Shown here one piece after another: positions 1 through 9,822 of a stretch of 64,000 nucleotides of DNA (position 1 is its first letter; every line of letters starts with the position of its first letter). Both the position numbers and the translations under genes were made by a program. The stretch comes from Syntrophales bacterium (GTDB lineage Bacteria > Desulfobacterota > Syntrophia > Syntrophales > UBA8958): assembly GCA_026416455.1 (NCBI GenBank), contig JAOAFE010000003.1, forward strand, positions 7,779 through 71,778, given 5' to 3'. The notes beneath the pieces are model-generated. The model had not been told where the DNA came from and searched no databases. It saw only the letters and a program-made list of their open reading frames with translations.

Positions 1-914
1 AGTGTGTCTCGAGCGACGGGTAAATCACATATACGGGAAGAAAATTGCCTTCTCTCTTTTGTATAAGACAGGGCAAGGTCGAACGCCCTTCTTGCAATCC
101 CCACTCCTATGGCGGCGACCATAGGCCGAGCAAAGTCCAAAACGTCAATCATATAGAGAAATCCTCTACGCCTATCTCCGATAATCTGATCTGATGACAC
201 GACTACATCTTCGAAGGTCACGGCCGCCGTATTTGACAATCGCTGACCGAGCTTGTCTTCTTCTCTATTGATGATGATTTTTCCACCCCCAGGTAAGGCT
301 ATTTCTCGACCTTTATGGCCAGCATTCTTCTTCTCTTCTTCCGTAGGTGGTGAGGCAGGAATAATGAGACAAGCGATGAACTGACCTGTGGGTTTCCCCG
401 TTTTACAGAAGACGGTAAACTGAGATGCATAAGAGGCATTGGTGATAAAACACTTTGACCCATTGAGAACGTAAGATCCGTCATCTCGCCGGTAGATATA
501 AGATGTCATCGCTGAGTTGTCTGAGCCAGCACCCGGCTCGGTGAGACAAAAAGAGGCCAAGTATGGCGCCTCAACAAAAGGTCTAAGAAATCTTTCCTGT
601 TGCTCCGGTGTTCCGTGTTGGCTTATGACCACGTTGGCGAGATCATTGCACATAGTTGAGGTGGCAATGCCAGAATCACCATAAGCCAGTTCTTCTATGA
701 TGAGGGCAGCCGAAACGGTATCGATTTTGAATCCTTTAATCTCCTCGGGTATGCAGATATTCATGATCCCCATTTCCCAAGCCCGCTCGATAATATCCCA
801 AGGGAAAACATGGGATTTCTCTAAAGTGAGGACACGTGGCAATATATCGGTTCTTACCCACCTTTTTACCGTTTCTATGAAATCACGCTGCTGGTCACTG
901 AGAGAAAAATCCAT
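1..914 (-). CDS. acyl-CoA dehydrogenase (N-terminal ~304 aa; C-terminus lies beyond window start)
   Basis: Absent from the ORF track because it runs off the edge. My minus-strand translation from ATG 914-912 reads MDFSLSDQQRDFIETVKRWV...CLTEPGAGSDNSAM...EDKLGQRLSNTAAVTFEDV...ARPMVAAIGVGIARRAFDLALSYTKERRQF and stays open to position 1. AGGAGG Shine-Dalgarno at 919-924. Confidence 0.85.
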   Translation of the reverse strand, partial: MDFSLSDQQRDFIETVKRWVRTDILPRVLTLEKSHVFPWDIIERAWEMGIMNICIPEEIKGFKIDTVSAALIIEELAYGDSGIATSTMCNDLANVVISQHGTPEQQERFLRPFVEAPYLASFCLTEPGAGSDNSAMTSYIYRRDDGSYVLNGSKCFITNASYASQFTVFCKTGKPTGQFIACLIIPASPPTEEEKKNAGHKGREIALPGGGKIIINREEDKLGQRLSNTAAVTFEDVVVSSDQIIGDRRRGFLYMIDVLDFARPMVAAIGVGIARRAFDLALSYTKERRQFSSRICDLPVARDT

Positions 915-932
915 TCTTCCTCCTTCAATAAC

Positions 933-1874
933 TTAATTTAACGGCTGCATGGCTTTTTCTGCGGTCGCAATTGATACTATGGATTGACAATCTATGCCCT
1001 CAGTCTTGAAAAAATCCCGAAGTGGTCTCCCCGGTCCGATTTCAAAAATGCGACGGGTCATTTTGGAGATGGCAAGCATGTTATCTCGCCATCTTACCGG
1101 GTGACCAAGCTGCAAGGTAAGGGCTTTTTTTAGCTCCAGCACGTTGCCGGAGTGAAAATCACCCGTGTAGTTTGAGGCCACTAAATAGGTCGAGGAAGCC
1201 TCTCCTTTTACCTTTTCTTCTAAAACCGACGCAAAATCATCAGCGATTACCCTCATGAAACGACTGTGAAACGGTGCACTTACGTTTAGACGCACCAGAC
1301 GAACACCTCGTTCAGAAAAAGCCTCTTTGATTCTATCTTCCGCCTCGGGCATTGAATCGGCCTTGCCACTGATTACGATTTGACGAATGGAATTAATATT
1401 GGCCAGATCTATTGGTAAATCAACAAGTAGATTCTCCAACTCTTCTTCGCTTACGGGATCGGCTATCACGGCCGTCATGGCGCCAAAGCCAACCGGTGCG
1501 GCACTCTGCATCAGCTTGCCTCTTATGTTCACGATTTGAACTGCCTCAGCGAAGGGTATAACTCCTGCAGCAACCAAGGCGGTAAATTCCCCCAGACTGT
1601 GACCCGCAAAAATAGACGGATTAAAGTCGTACATAGTCTGAATACTTCGGAACATGGCTATCTCTGTGGTCAGGATACATGGTTGAGTGTATTCAGTTAA
1701 ATTTAACCTTTCATCCTCTCCAAAACACATTTCTGCAACATTGAATCCCAACATATCTGAGGCTTCTTCATAGGTTGCGCGGGCCACATGCAGGGCGTCA
1801 AAGAAATCCTTGCCCATTCCCGGCCTCTGTGAGCCCTGTCCGGGGAAAACCACCGCTACCTTCTCGCTCTCCAT
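933..1874 (-). CDS. fabD: malonyl CoA-ACP transacylase
   Basis: ORF 933..1961. The likely start is M30 (ATG 1874, G-rich SD). Motifs FPGQGSQRPGMG and GHSLGEFTALVAAG (active-site Ser). Confidence 0.85.
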   Translation of the reverse strand: MESEKVAVVFPGQGSQRPGMGKDFFDALHVARATYEEASDMLGFNVAEMCFGEDERLNLTEYTQPCILTTEIAMFRSIQTMYDFNPSIFAGHSLGEFTALVAAGVIPFAEAVQIVNIRGKLMQSAAPVGFGAMTAVIADPVSEEELENLLVDLPIDLANINSIRQIVISGKADSMPEAEDRIKEAFSERGVRLVRLNVSAPFHSRFMRVIADDFASVLEEKVKGEASSTYLVASNYTGDFHSGNVLELKKALTLQLGHPVRWRDNMLAISKMTRRIFEIGPGRPLRDFFKTEGIDCQSIVSIATAEKAMQPLN

Positions 1875-2051
1875 AAACCCCCCTGCAGAGAAATATTTTC
1901 TATCTATCCAGCATATGACGTGCCAGCGAGGGCAGCATGGGTATGTCTCAAAAATATGCAATATTTAGGACAATTTGTAATTCAAGAACTGCTCCCTCAA
2001 GACCACAGGGAATACCAAAATGAGAAATAAACGTAACAGGTGCGTAGATTA

Positions 2052-3719
2052 TTACGCATTTGTAGACTCTTGGCTCATCTCTCCCACGAAGTCGGCTATA
2101 TTTTGACAATGATCGGATATTCTCTCCAAATGGATCAGCATTTCGAGAAATATGGGTCCCGCTTCCGCCTGACACAATCTTTGGTGAAACCTGGCTAGAT
2201 GGTTATGTCTGGCTTCCTTAACCATGGTATCTATGCGCTCTTCCCTAAAAGTTATCGATTTTACTATTTTTAGCTCTTCTTGTGTACCTTCGATCAGAGA
2301 TATGGCATCAGATAAGTTGGCCCGCAGATGATGCTTGATTTCTTCTAACTCTGCCATGGCATATGAGGTAAAAGCAATCCTTCGCCTAGCCTTTTGCCTC
2401 GATAATTCTACAATGCTAACCATATGATTGCTCATCCTTTCTATATCATCGGCCATGGCCGTATAGGCAAAAAGCTTACCAGCCAGAGAAGAGGACAGCT
2501 CCTGCGTAGAAATGCATCTTAAGTAGTTAATAATTTCTTCTCTCAAGTTGTTCTGGATCAGCTCAAGGTAAAATATGTCCTTATGATAGCTCGACTTATA
2601 TTTGACCGTGCTTCTTGCCGCCAATTCAAACATCTGCCGAGAAATTTCTCCCTGACGGACGATTTCTTTTCTAGCAGCGTCCAACGCCCTATCTGGGTCT
2701 TCCAGAAAGGCACTCGAAATATATTCAGGCCATAAAGGCAAGGTGTTTTCTTCTCCCGGCAATATTTTTTCTATAAGGCGTGCCACCATAGGGATGAAGA
2801 AAAGAAAACAAACCGCCACGATCCCGTTGAATATGAAATGAACAAGAACAATTTTTTGGCCTGCATTTATCTCCACACTGTTTAATACAGAAGAAAGTTG
2901 AGACGAAAAAGGTAGAAGCATTATAGCCCCGACCAATTTGAAGAAAAAATGAGCTGCCGCTGTTCTCCTTCCGGCTGGTGTAGCCACGAAAGCTGCTAGA
3001 ATCGCCGTTATGGTTGTGCCAACGTTAGCTCCAAAAACGATGGGAATAGCCTGATTTACGGAAAGGAAGCCATCAGCAACCAAGAAGACCAAAATACCAA
3101 CGGTTATGGCCGACGCTTGCACAATGCCGGTAAAAACTAGTCCCAAAGAAAAAGCAATTATCGGATGAGTAGGTGCCTTCAAATATTGAAAAAAGATAGG
3201 ATGCTCCTTTAACGGATGGGTGGCGAGTGAAACGAGAAAGAGTCCAAAAAACATGAGACCAAAGTTAAAAAGGGCGGAGAACCATAATCTTTTTCTGCCC
3301 TCTGCAACATACCATCCCACCGCTCCGATGACCATAAATAGAGGAGATAGATCCCCCAGTCTCCAGGCAATTAATTGAATCGTGACGGTTGTTCCCAAAT
3401 CGGCTCCCAAGATTACTGCCAGGGAGTGGTAAAAACTAATCAAACCAGCACTAACTAACCCAACCGTCAAGACGGTGGTTGCCGAGCTACTTTGAAACAA
3501 TATAGTCATAATGATGCCCATGAAAAAGCCAGAGGCTCGGTTTTGGGTCATCATTCTGATGTAGTCTCTCATTCTGACCGTAAATATCTGTTTTATAGCT
3601 TCACTCAGAGAAGTCATACCATAGAGGAAAAGAACTATCCCGGCCATCCCTAAAAACGCACTTTTCACCACGGGCCTCACCTCTTCATAATTTTTCCCAT
3701 CTTCCCACAACCTCAACAT
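2052..3719 (-). CDS. Na/Pi cotransporter family protein with PhoU-like C-terminal domain
   Basis: 555 aa. Polytopic N-terminal half (LFLYGMTSLSEAIK, QSSSATTV, GANVGTTITA) and helical PhoU-like C-terminal half. The start overlaps the upstream gene by 35 nt and is uncertain. Confidence 0.8.
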   Translation of the reverse strand: MLRLWEDGKNYEEVRPVVKSAFLGMAGIVLFLYGMTSLSEAIKQIFTVRMRDYIRMMTQNRASGFFMGIIMTILFQSSSATTVLTVGLVSAGLISFYHSLAVILGADLGTTVTIQLIAWRLGDLSPLFMVIGAVGWYVAEGRKRLWFSALFNFGLMFFGLFLVSLATHPLKEHPIFFQYLKAPTHPIIAFSLGLVFTGIVQASAITVGILVFLVADGFLSVNQAIPIVFGANVGTTITAILAAFVATPAGRRTAAAHFFFKLVGAIMLLPFSSQLSSVLNSVEINAGQKIVLVHFIFNGIVAVCFLFFIPMVARLIEKILPGEENTLPLWPEYISSAFLEDPDRALDAARKEIVRQGEISRQMFELAARSTVKYKSSYHKDIFYLELIQNNLREEIINYLRCISTQELSSSLAGKLFAYTAMADDIERMSNHMVSIVELSRQKARRRIAFTSYAMAELEEIKHHLRANLSDAISLIEGTQEELKIVKSITFREERIDTMVKEARHNHLARFHQRLCQAEAGPIFLEMLIHLERISDHCQNIADFVGEMSQESTNA

Positions 3720-4842
3720 GAAATGTCTGGGGAAACATGTCGATCGGCACGAGTCGGGTCAATCTATACCCCCCACGAGAAAAAAAAGCCCCATCCCGCG
3801 CCATCGTCGATGGGTTACACGATACGTAAACGATCTTTTGCACCCCTAGCTTTATGATCCCTTCCTTGACCCTCTCGCTTAATCCACCCCGAGGCGGATC
3901 GACAACGATTAACTCTACCTTTTCTTTGAGCTCAGTCGCCAATCGGCCAATTTCCTGCCCTACCTCTCCGTGAAGAATCTGAAAAATAGAAGATTGGCCG
4001 GGGAAGAGTCTCTCTAAATTCTGTCTTGCGGCCTCAACAGCCTCCCTGTCTATTTCTATACCCACTGTCTTTCTTGCCTTTCTCGCCAAGAAGACAGAAA
4101 ACAATCCGACTCCACAGTAAGCATCGATAACTGTCTCAGTTCCTTGCAACTCACTCATTTCCAAAACCAGGTCAACTAACTTCTCTACCAAGTACAGATT
4201 AGCCTGAAAGAAAGACGTCTTGGGTACCTGAAAGACGTGGCCTTTAACGTGCCGCATTACATTTAAACTGTCCGCATTATCATCGGCCCAAAAGGTTAGG
4301 CGCCCCAACATGGGTTTTCCCTTTTTCCTTGTCTCCCCTAGGGCTAGGTTTATCGACTCGTGAGCGATGAGACATCTGTCGACTTCCACTATTTCATGTC
4401 CCCTAATCTTTCGCAGGCCGATTACATATCCTCTTCGTTCTTCCACAGCCCCATGGAATTCCATCTTACCGCGATAGTACCACTCTCGCGGAGAGGGTAC
4501 AGTTTTTTCTACTTCTAGCACCTCATATCCACCAATTCGACGAAAGATTTCGAAAACTTGAAGACGTTTAACCTCTAGTTGGTAATTATAGTCAATATGC
4601 GCCAGTAAGCAGCCCCCACACGTACCGTAATAAGAACAAGGTGAATGTACTCGCCAGGGGGAGGGTTTTATTATGTCCTTCAATCGACCGTAGGAAAAGT
4701 TTCTCTTTTCTTGTACTATTTCCACGGTTACCCTATCGCCTGTTACCGTATAAGGGACAAAGACCACCCTCCCTTTTATCCTCCCCACTCCCAACCCACC
4801 ATACGAGACATCAGTAATGTCACATTCCACGTATCGATCCAT
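3685..4842 (-). CDS. TRAM-domain 23S rRNA (uracil-5)-methyltransferase, RumA/RlmD family
   Basis: 385 aa. N-terminal TRAM-like beta domain, Cys cluster CSYYGTCGGCLLAH, SAM fold (DAYCGVGLF, VDPPRGG), and YVSCNPSTMARD with the catalytic Cys. Confidence 0.85.
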   Translation of the reverse strand: MDRYVECDITDVSYGGLGVGRIKGRVVFVPYTVTGDRVTVEIVQEKRNFSYGRLKDIIKPSPWRVHSPCSYYGTCGGCLLAHIDYNYQLEVKRLQVFEIFRRIGGYEVLEVEKTVPSPREWYYRGKMEFHGAVEERRGYVIGLRKIRGHEIVEVDRCLIAHESINLALGETRKKGKPMLGRLTFWADDNADSLNVMRHVKGHVFQVPKTSFFQANLYLVEKLVDLVLEMSELQGTETVIDAYCGVGLFSVFLARKARKTVGIEIDREAVEAARQNLERLFPGQSSIFQILHGEVGQEIGRLATELKEKVELIVVDPPRGGLSERVKEGIIKLGVQKIVYVSCNPSTMARDGAFFSRGGYRLTRLVPIDMFPQTFHVEVVGRWEKL

Positions 4843-4920
4843 CGTCTTTTCCTTTACAAGGCCAAATGATACTGATAAGGAAAAATATAGCTTGTATAAA
4901 CTCTTCGAGGCAAATTCACA

Positions 4921-5769
4921 ATGACTAGAAATTCATTGATTTGTCCTCAATGCCGAGGACTTATAAGCGGGGACGAAAAAATATGCCCTTACTGTGGCCT
5001 AAGGAACCCCGGTGGATGGTGGAGGAAAATAATGCCGTCTCGGGTGTTCATGCAACCCGGTAAGGGTATTATCGACCCGGTACAAACGATTATTTATACC
5101 AACGTGGTAATCTACATAGTCTCCCTGCTTATAAACCCCTCGGCCCTAACCGCTTCCTTCCATCCCCTACTCTTTCTTTCGCCTACTGATGAGAGCCTTT
5201 TTCTTTTGGGGGCAACGGGCACTCTGCCCATAGATCAATTCGGTCGCTGGTGGACGCTAATATCAGCGTCCTATCTTCATGGCGGAATCTTGCACTTACT
5301 ATTCAATATGGTGGCTTTCTATCAGCTGGGACCGTTCATTTTGCTTGAGTTCGGCGCCTACCGTCTTTTTATTATTTATACTCTTAGTGGCGTGGGTGGG
5401 TTCCTCGTTTCTTACCTCGTCGGCATCCCTTTTACAATAGGAGCTTCAGCCGCCATCTGTGGATTAATAGGAGCAATTCTATATTTTGGCAAAAGTCGAG
5501 GAGGTTTCTATGGCGAATCGATCTATCGACAGGCCATGGGTTGGGTCGTGGGGCTCATCCTTTTCGGTCTTTTATTGCCAGGAATAAACAACTGGGCACA
5601 TGGGGGTGGATTACTCTCCGGTGTCGTCGTAAGTTTTCTTCTCGGTTATGAGGAAAAAAGGAGAGAAAATATTCTTCACCGTCTTCTCGCCTGGGTGCTG
5701 TTCTTAATTACTGTCTTCGTGATCGGTGGAAATCTATTAAGGTTAGTCTTTTTTCTTCTTGGTGCATAA
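4921..5769 (+). CDS. rhomboid family intramembrane serine protease with N-terminal zinc ribbon
   Basis: 282 aa. CPQC...CPYC ribbon, multi-TM body, GASAAICGLIGA (GxSxxxxG Ser) and WAHGGGLLSG (His). Confidence 0.85.
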   Translation: MTRNSLICPQCRGLISGDEKICPYCGLRNPGGWWRKIMPSRVFMQPGKGIIDPVQTIIYTNVVIYIVSLLINPSALTASFHPLLFLSPTDESLFLLGATGTLPIDQFGRWWTLISASYLHGGILHLLFNMVAFYQLGPFILLEFGAYRLFIIYTLSGVGGFLVSYLVGIPFTIGASAAICGLIGAILYFGKSRGGFYGESIYRQAMGWVVGLILFGLLLPGINNWAHGGGLLSGVVVSFLLGYEEKRRENILHRLLAWVLFLITVFVIGGNLLRLVFFLLGA

Positions 5770-5794
5770 ATAATCCCATGAGGAAGGAGGGAAT

Positions 5795-6190
5795 ATGAAA
5801 AATTTCACTCCACTCGGTTTGACTTTAATCTTTTTGTTTGTGATGGGATGTGATACGGCTCTTTACGTGGGGTCCCGTGGCATGGGGATACAGTCGGGAG
5901 AAATAATATCGGCTTCTGGTTATACTGTTGTTAAATACCCTTACCCCATGGATAAGCTATGGCAGGTGGTAAACGAGGTAATGACGGACATGAAAGCCAG
6001 CCGCCTAACCCAAGAAAAAAAGATCGCTTACGGTCGAGTATCGGGTATAGTACACGGTGAAAAGGTGATAATCGAGATCCGCTATGTTGAAAAAGATGTT
6101 ACTGAGGTGGCTATCTTGGTGGGGGTAGGAGGGAATAGGATCGCTTCTATTTTTATACACGAAAAAATTGAGGGGATCTTAAAAAAATAG
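5795..6190 (+). CDS. small lipoprotein (DUF3568-like)
   Basis: 131 aa. Lipobox LFVMGC at the N-terminus and AGGAAGGAGGG SD upstream. The family assignment is from memory of the ...VGVGGNRIASIFIHEKI type C-terminus. Confidence 0.6.
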   Translation: MKNFTPLGLTLIFLFVMGCDTALYVGSRGMGIQSGEIISASGYTVVKYPYPMDKLWQVVNEVMTDMKASRLTQEKKIAYGRVSGIVHGEKVIIEIRYVEKDVTEVAILVGVGGNRIASIFIHEKIEGILKK

Positions 6191-6206
6191 GCAAAAAACA
6201 ATAAAT

Positions 6207-7586
6207 TCACGGACTAACTTTATCACCCCACTTTTCCATCACGAGAGCCTTGGCCTCCTCTCGGTTGGATATCTTTCCCTCTAATTGAGCATCTTCTATT
6301 TCCTTTAAAATTTCTCCGAAAAGGGGCCCCGGCGTAAATCCCCAGCTTATAAGATCTCGTCCCGTGATCATCCTGGGTGGACGAAGATCTTCTTGAGTTA
6401 AAGAATTCATCACCTCGAGGCAATAATAATAATTATCAAGATTTCCATGGCTCGCGAGACAGTCTAGACGTTGCAGGGCCAAATGGAGCTCAAAATTCGG
6501 CATGCGCAGAAAACGTTTTAAATTTTTAGGAGCCATAGCCTTTACTTGAAGGAAATCCATGTGATGTCGGATTAGAGCTAAGACCACGGCCCGATCATCA
6601 TTTGAAAAACGCAGTCTTTCCATAATCCGATCGGCCATTTCCACACTTTCTCTCTCGTGGCCGTAAAATCGGATACGACCATCTTTCTCACTCCGGGTCT
6701 TAGCCTTGCCGATATCATGCAAAAGCACGGCCCAGGCTAGTCTTCTATCTATTTCCTTGCCCTCCCGCTCGACAAAATCGAACATAAGAATGGTATGGGT
6801 GAAGACATCACCCTCGGGATGAAATTCCCGCGGCTGTTCTACTCCTTGCAGAGCAAAAACTTCAGGTAAAAGCTCCTCCATAAGACCGGTATCCCGAAGG
6901 AGCAATAATCCTTTTTTTGCCCCTGAGCGGGCCAACATTTTGCTCAATTCCTCGCGTATCCGCTCAGCACTTATCCGATGAATCTGCTTCACTTGAAGGT
7001 TAATAGCCGCTTGAGTTTCTGTCTCTATGGAAAAATCTAATTGGGCAGCCAAGCGCACAGCCCTCAACATTCTCAAATGATCTTCCGCAAATCTCAAAGC
7101 CGGCGGGCCAATCGTCTTTATCACCCTCACTTTAATGTCCTCTAACCCCCCTACATAGTCTATAATTTCTCCTGAATCAGGGTTCATGGCGAGGCCGTTT
7201 ATGGTGAAATCCCTTCTCATGACATCTTCTTGCAGGCCCGCAAAGAGCACGCGCGAAGGATGTCTACCATCGAAGTAATTTTCCTCTTTTCTAAATGTAG
7301 CTACTTCATAGGAAAAACCATCAACTATAACCAAAATAACACCAAAACGGGCACCGACGGCTACAGAATGGGGAAAAAGAGATTGAATCTCTTCCGGAGA
7401 GGCAGAAGTGACGATATCGTAATCGTCAGGAGATCTATCCATAACCAAATCGCGCACACACCCCCCCACAAAGTAGGCCTCATAGCCCGCTGTTTTTAGC
7501 GTTCTTACTATGTGCAGAGCCCCCTCCTTCAATCTATCCTTCTTTTGATCCGTAACTTCTTTATATTCTTCAGGTTGCACTATCAT
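6207..7586 (-). CDS. cca: CCA tRNA nucleotidyltransferase with HD domain
   Basis: 459 aa. Motifs GGCVRDLVMDRSPDDYDIVT, RDFTINGLAM and LLHDIGK (HD). Confidence 0.85.
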   Translation of the reverse strand: MIVQPEEYKEVTDQKKDRLKEGALHIVRTLKTAGYEAYFVGGCVRDLVMDRSPDDYDIVTSASPEEIQSLFPHSVAVGARFGVILVIVDGFSYEVATFRKEENYFDGRHPSRVLFAGLQEDVMRRDFTINGLAMNPDSGEIIDYVGGLEDIKVRVIKTIGPPALRFAEDHLRMLRAVRLAAQLDFSIETETQAAINLQVKQIHRISAERIREELSKMLARSGAKKGLLLLRDTGLMEELLPEVFALQGVEQPREFHPEGDVFTHTILMFDFVEREGKEIDRRLAWAVLLHDIGKAKTRSEKDGRIRFYGHERESVEMADRIMERLRFSNDDRAVVLALIRHHMDFLQVKAMAPKNLKRFLRMPNFELHLALQRLDCLASHGNLDNYYYCLEVMNSLTQEDLRPPRMITGRDLISWGFTPGPLFGEILKEIEDAQLEGKISNREEAKALVMEKWGDKVSP

Positions 7587-8385
7587 CTTTTCGATTCGCC
7601 CGTAAGAAGGCCAGTTGATTTAGAGTTCCGCCTCCCTTTCCTACACGCCAGGCAAAACGAAGGGCTTGATGGACAAATTTTTCGGCCAAAAATATAGCGT
7701 CCAAGACCTCCCTTCCGCGCGCAAGTTCCGTGGCAATGGCCGCTGATAGGGTACATCCCGAACCATGTGCGCTTTCCGCTTGTAACCTCGTAAAGGGAAC
7801 TTCCATAAATGCTTTCCCATCATAAAATACATGAACTGACCCCTCTAAGAGATGACCCCCTTTGACCAGTACATTCCGAGCCCCCATCTCATAGATCACG
7901 TGGGCCGCGACTTTCATATCCGATGGAGAAGATATAATAACATCGGTCAGCATTTCGGCTTCGGGAATATTGGGGGTAACGAGCTGGGCCAAAGGAAAAA
8001 GCTCTTGACACAGCACTTTCCTTCCATCACTTGCGAGCAATTCGGCACCCCCGGAAGCCGCCAAAACAGGATCAACTACCACACGTTGGATGTGGAACCG
8101 CTTAATGCGATCCGCCACCACCTCTATAATCTCGGCTGAGGACAACATCCCTGTTTTCATGGCATCCACGCCTAGATCTTTAACGACCGTATCGAACTGG
8201 AGGGCGACAAAATCGGCGGGTATTTCATAAACGGCTCGTACATTTTCAGTATCCTGAGCAGTGAGGGCTGTCACAACGGTCATACCGTATCCCCCCAGGA
8301 TGGTAATCGTCTTGAGATCGGCCTGTATGCCTGCTCCGCCGCAAGAATCAGAACCTGCTACTGTCAGTACTTTTGGAATCTTCAC
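7570..8385 (-). CDS. thiD: hydroxymethylpyrimidine/phosphomethylpyrimidine kinase
   Basis: 271 aa. VAGSDSCGGAGIQADLKT signature and GSGCTLSAAIA. Confidence 0.9.
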   Translation of the reverse strand: MKIPKVLTVAGSDSCGGAGIQADLKTITILGGYGMTVVTALTAQDTENVRAVYEIPADFVALQFDTVVKDLGVDAMKTGMLSSAEIIEVVADRIKRFHIQRVVVDPVLAASGGAELLASDGRKVLCQELFPLAQLVTPNIPEAEMLTDVIISSPSDMKVAAHVIYEMGARNVLVKGGHLLEGSVHVFYDGKAFMEVPFTRLQAESAHGSGCTLSAAIATELARGREVLDAIFLAEKFVHQALRFAWRVGKGGGTLNQLAFLRANRKDDSAT

Positions 8386-8396
8386 TTGGCCCCTAT

Positions 8397-9050
8397 TCAG
8401 AAGGAAAAATATTTAATCACCAAGAGCGTCCCTTTTCTAACCCGAATGAACCCCTTTTCGGCGGCTAAACGGTTACTCACACCAAGAGGGAAATCCCTTC
8501 TCAACACCCCACGAGAAAGAGGGTAAAGGAACCCTTCCAAGTCTACACCCGCCGCATCCTCGAAAAGCGCCAGAAGGGAAACAACATCTCCCTCTTTTCC
8601 TTCGATCACTTTATCTCCGGAAACCAAAAACATTTCGCACTTTTCATCCACGATTTTTACAAATACGCCTTCCCTCTCTCCCATCAACAAAAGAGATAGG
8701 TTGGCGAGGAAGTGATCAACCCGCCCGCCTAAAGCACCAAACAGCCAAATCTCATCGGGAGCCATAAGACAGGCTTGCCGATAAGCAATTATCGCATCCG
8801 TTTCATCTTTCGCCGTCGGATAAACTTGGTAAGGAATGTTTTCTTTTTGGTAATGCCTTTTTATTTCCCGCGAAAGAGAATCAAAGTCCCCGACGATCAA
8901 GGTAGGTCTAATTTCTGCACGCCACGCATATTTTGCTCCTCCATTAGCGCAGATCACAGCCTGCGGCTTCTTAGCCTCCCACATCCGTTTTATAAATGCA
9001 GGATTTTTCACACTACCGCCGAGAAGGACAAAAACTATGCGTTTATTCAT
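8397..9050 (-). CDS. thiN: thiamine pyrophosphokinase
   Basis: ORF 8397..9086. The likely start is M13 (ATG 9050), overlapping the tatD stop by 8 nt. Motifs VGDFDSL and KDETDAI. Confidence 0.8.
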   Translation of the reverse strand: MNKRIVFVLLGGSVKNPAFIKRMWEAKKPQAVICANGGAKYAWRAEIRPTLIVGDFDSLSREIKRHYQKENIPYQVYPTAKDETDAIIAYRQACLMAPDEIWLFGALGGRVDHFLANLSLLLMGEREGVFVKIVDEKCEMFLVSGDKVIEGKEGDVVSLLALFEDAAGVDLEGFLYPLSRGVLRRDFPLGVSNRLAAEKGFIRVRKGTLLVIKYFSF

Positions 9051-9822
9051 GAGCCATTTCCGGCAGGCCGAATAGAAAACGGGCATTGGCGGCTGTAATA
9101 TGACCTACCTCCTCAATTGTCATTCCTTTCAGCGCTGCAATCTCCGCTGCCACTAGTCGGACTCTCGCCGGTTCGTTTCGTTCCCCCCGAAAAGGGTGGG
9201 GAGATAGGAATGGTGCATCCGTTTCGATCATTAACCTATCTAAGGGCAGATACCTCACTATTTCCTTCAGGCGATGAGCATTTTTGAACGTTACAGGTCC
9301 AGCGACAGAGATAAAGTACCCCTGGTCGAGAAGTTTTCGTGCCAGGTTACGATCACCGGAAAAGCAATGAATAACACCCCTCTTCACTCCAGTCCAGGAC
9401 AGGAGCACTTCCTTGACTTTTTCGTGTGCCTCGCGACTGTGGATTATCACTGGCAAATTCAACTCCTGGGCAAGACCCAGTTGTTCGATAAATTTCTCCA
9501 TCTGGACCTTGGGAGGTGAATGGCGATGGTAAAAATCAAGACCTATCTCTCCCCACGCCACTACCTTTTCATTTTTTGCCAATTTTCGGAGTTGGTCCAA
9601 GGCATTTTGGTCGGCCGATTTGGCTTCATGGGGATGAATTCCGACCGCCGCATAAACACTCCTATATGTCCGAGTCAGCTCAACGGCTTTAATGCAATCT
9701 ACTAAATTTGTCCCCACCGTAATAATTGCTTGTATGCCCTCTTCTTTTGCCCTTTTTATCACCTCATCTCGGTCGGTCTCATAATCTTCCATTTCCAGAT
9801 GAGCATGAGTGTCTATATACAT
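9043..9822 (-). CDS. tatD: TatD family metal-dependent hydrolase
   Basis: 259 aa. Motifs IDTHAHL, IGEIGLDF, VIIHSREA, GVIHCFSG and ETDAPFL. Confidence 0.9.
   Translation of the reverse strand: MYIDTHAHLEMEDYETDRDEVIKRAKEEGIQAIITVGTNLVDCIKAVELTRTYRSVYAAVGIHPHEAKSADQNALDQLRKLAKNEKVVAWGEIGLDFYHRHSPPKVQMEKFIEQLGLAQELNLPVIIHSREAHEKVKEVLLSWTGVKRGVIHCFSGDRNLARKLLDQGYFISVAGPVTFKNAHRLKEIVRYLPLDRLMIETDAPFLSPHPFRGERNEPARVRLVAAEIAALKGMTIEEVGHITAANARFLFGLPEMAHE

Noticed and set aside
2041-2058. TGCGTA-gattat-TACGCA hairpin at the Na/Pi transporter stop
   Set aside because: The stem is only 6 bp, it overlaps the stop codon, and the U-run is interrupted. It is too weak to call a terminator.
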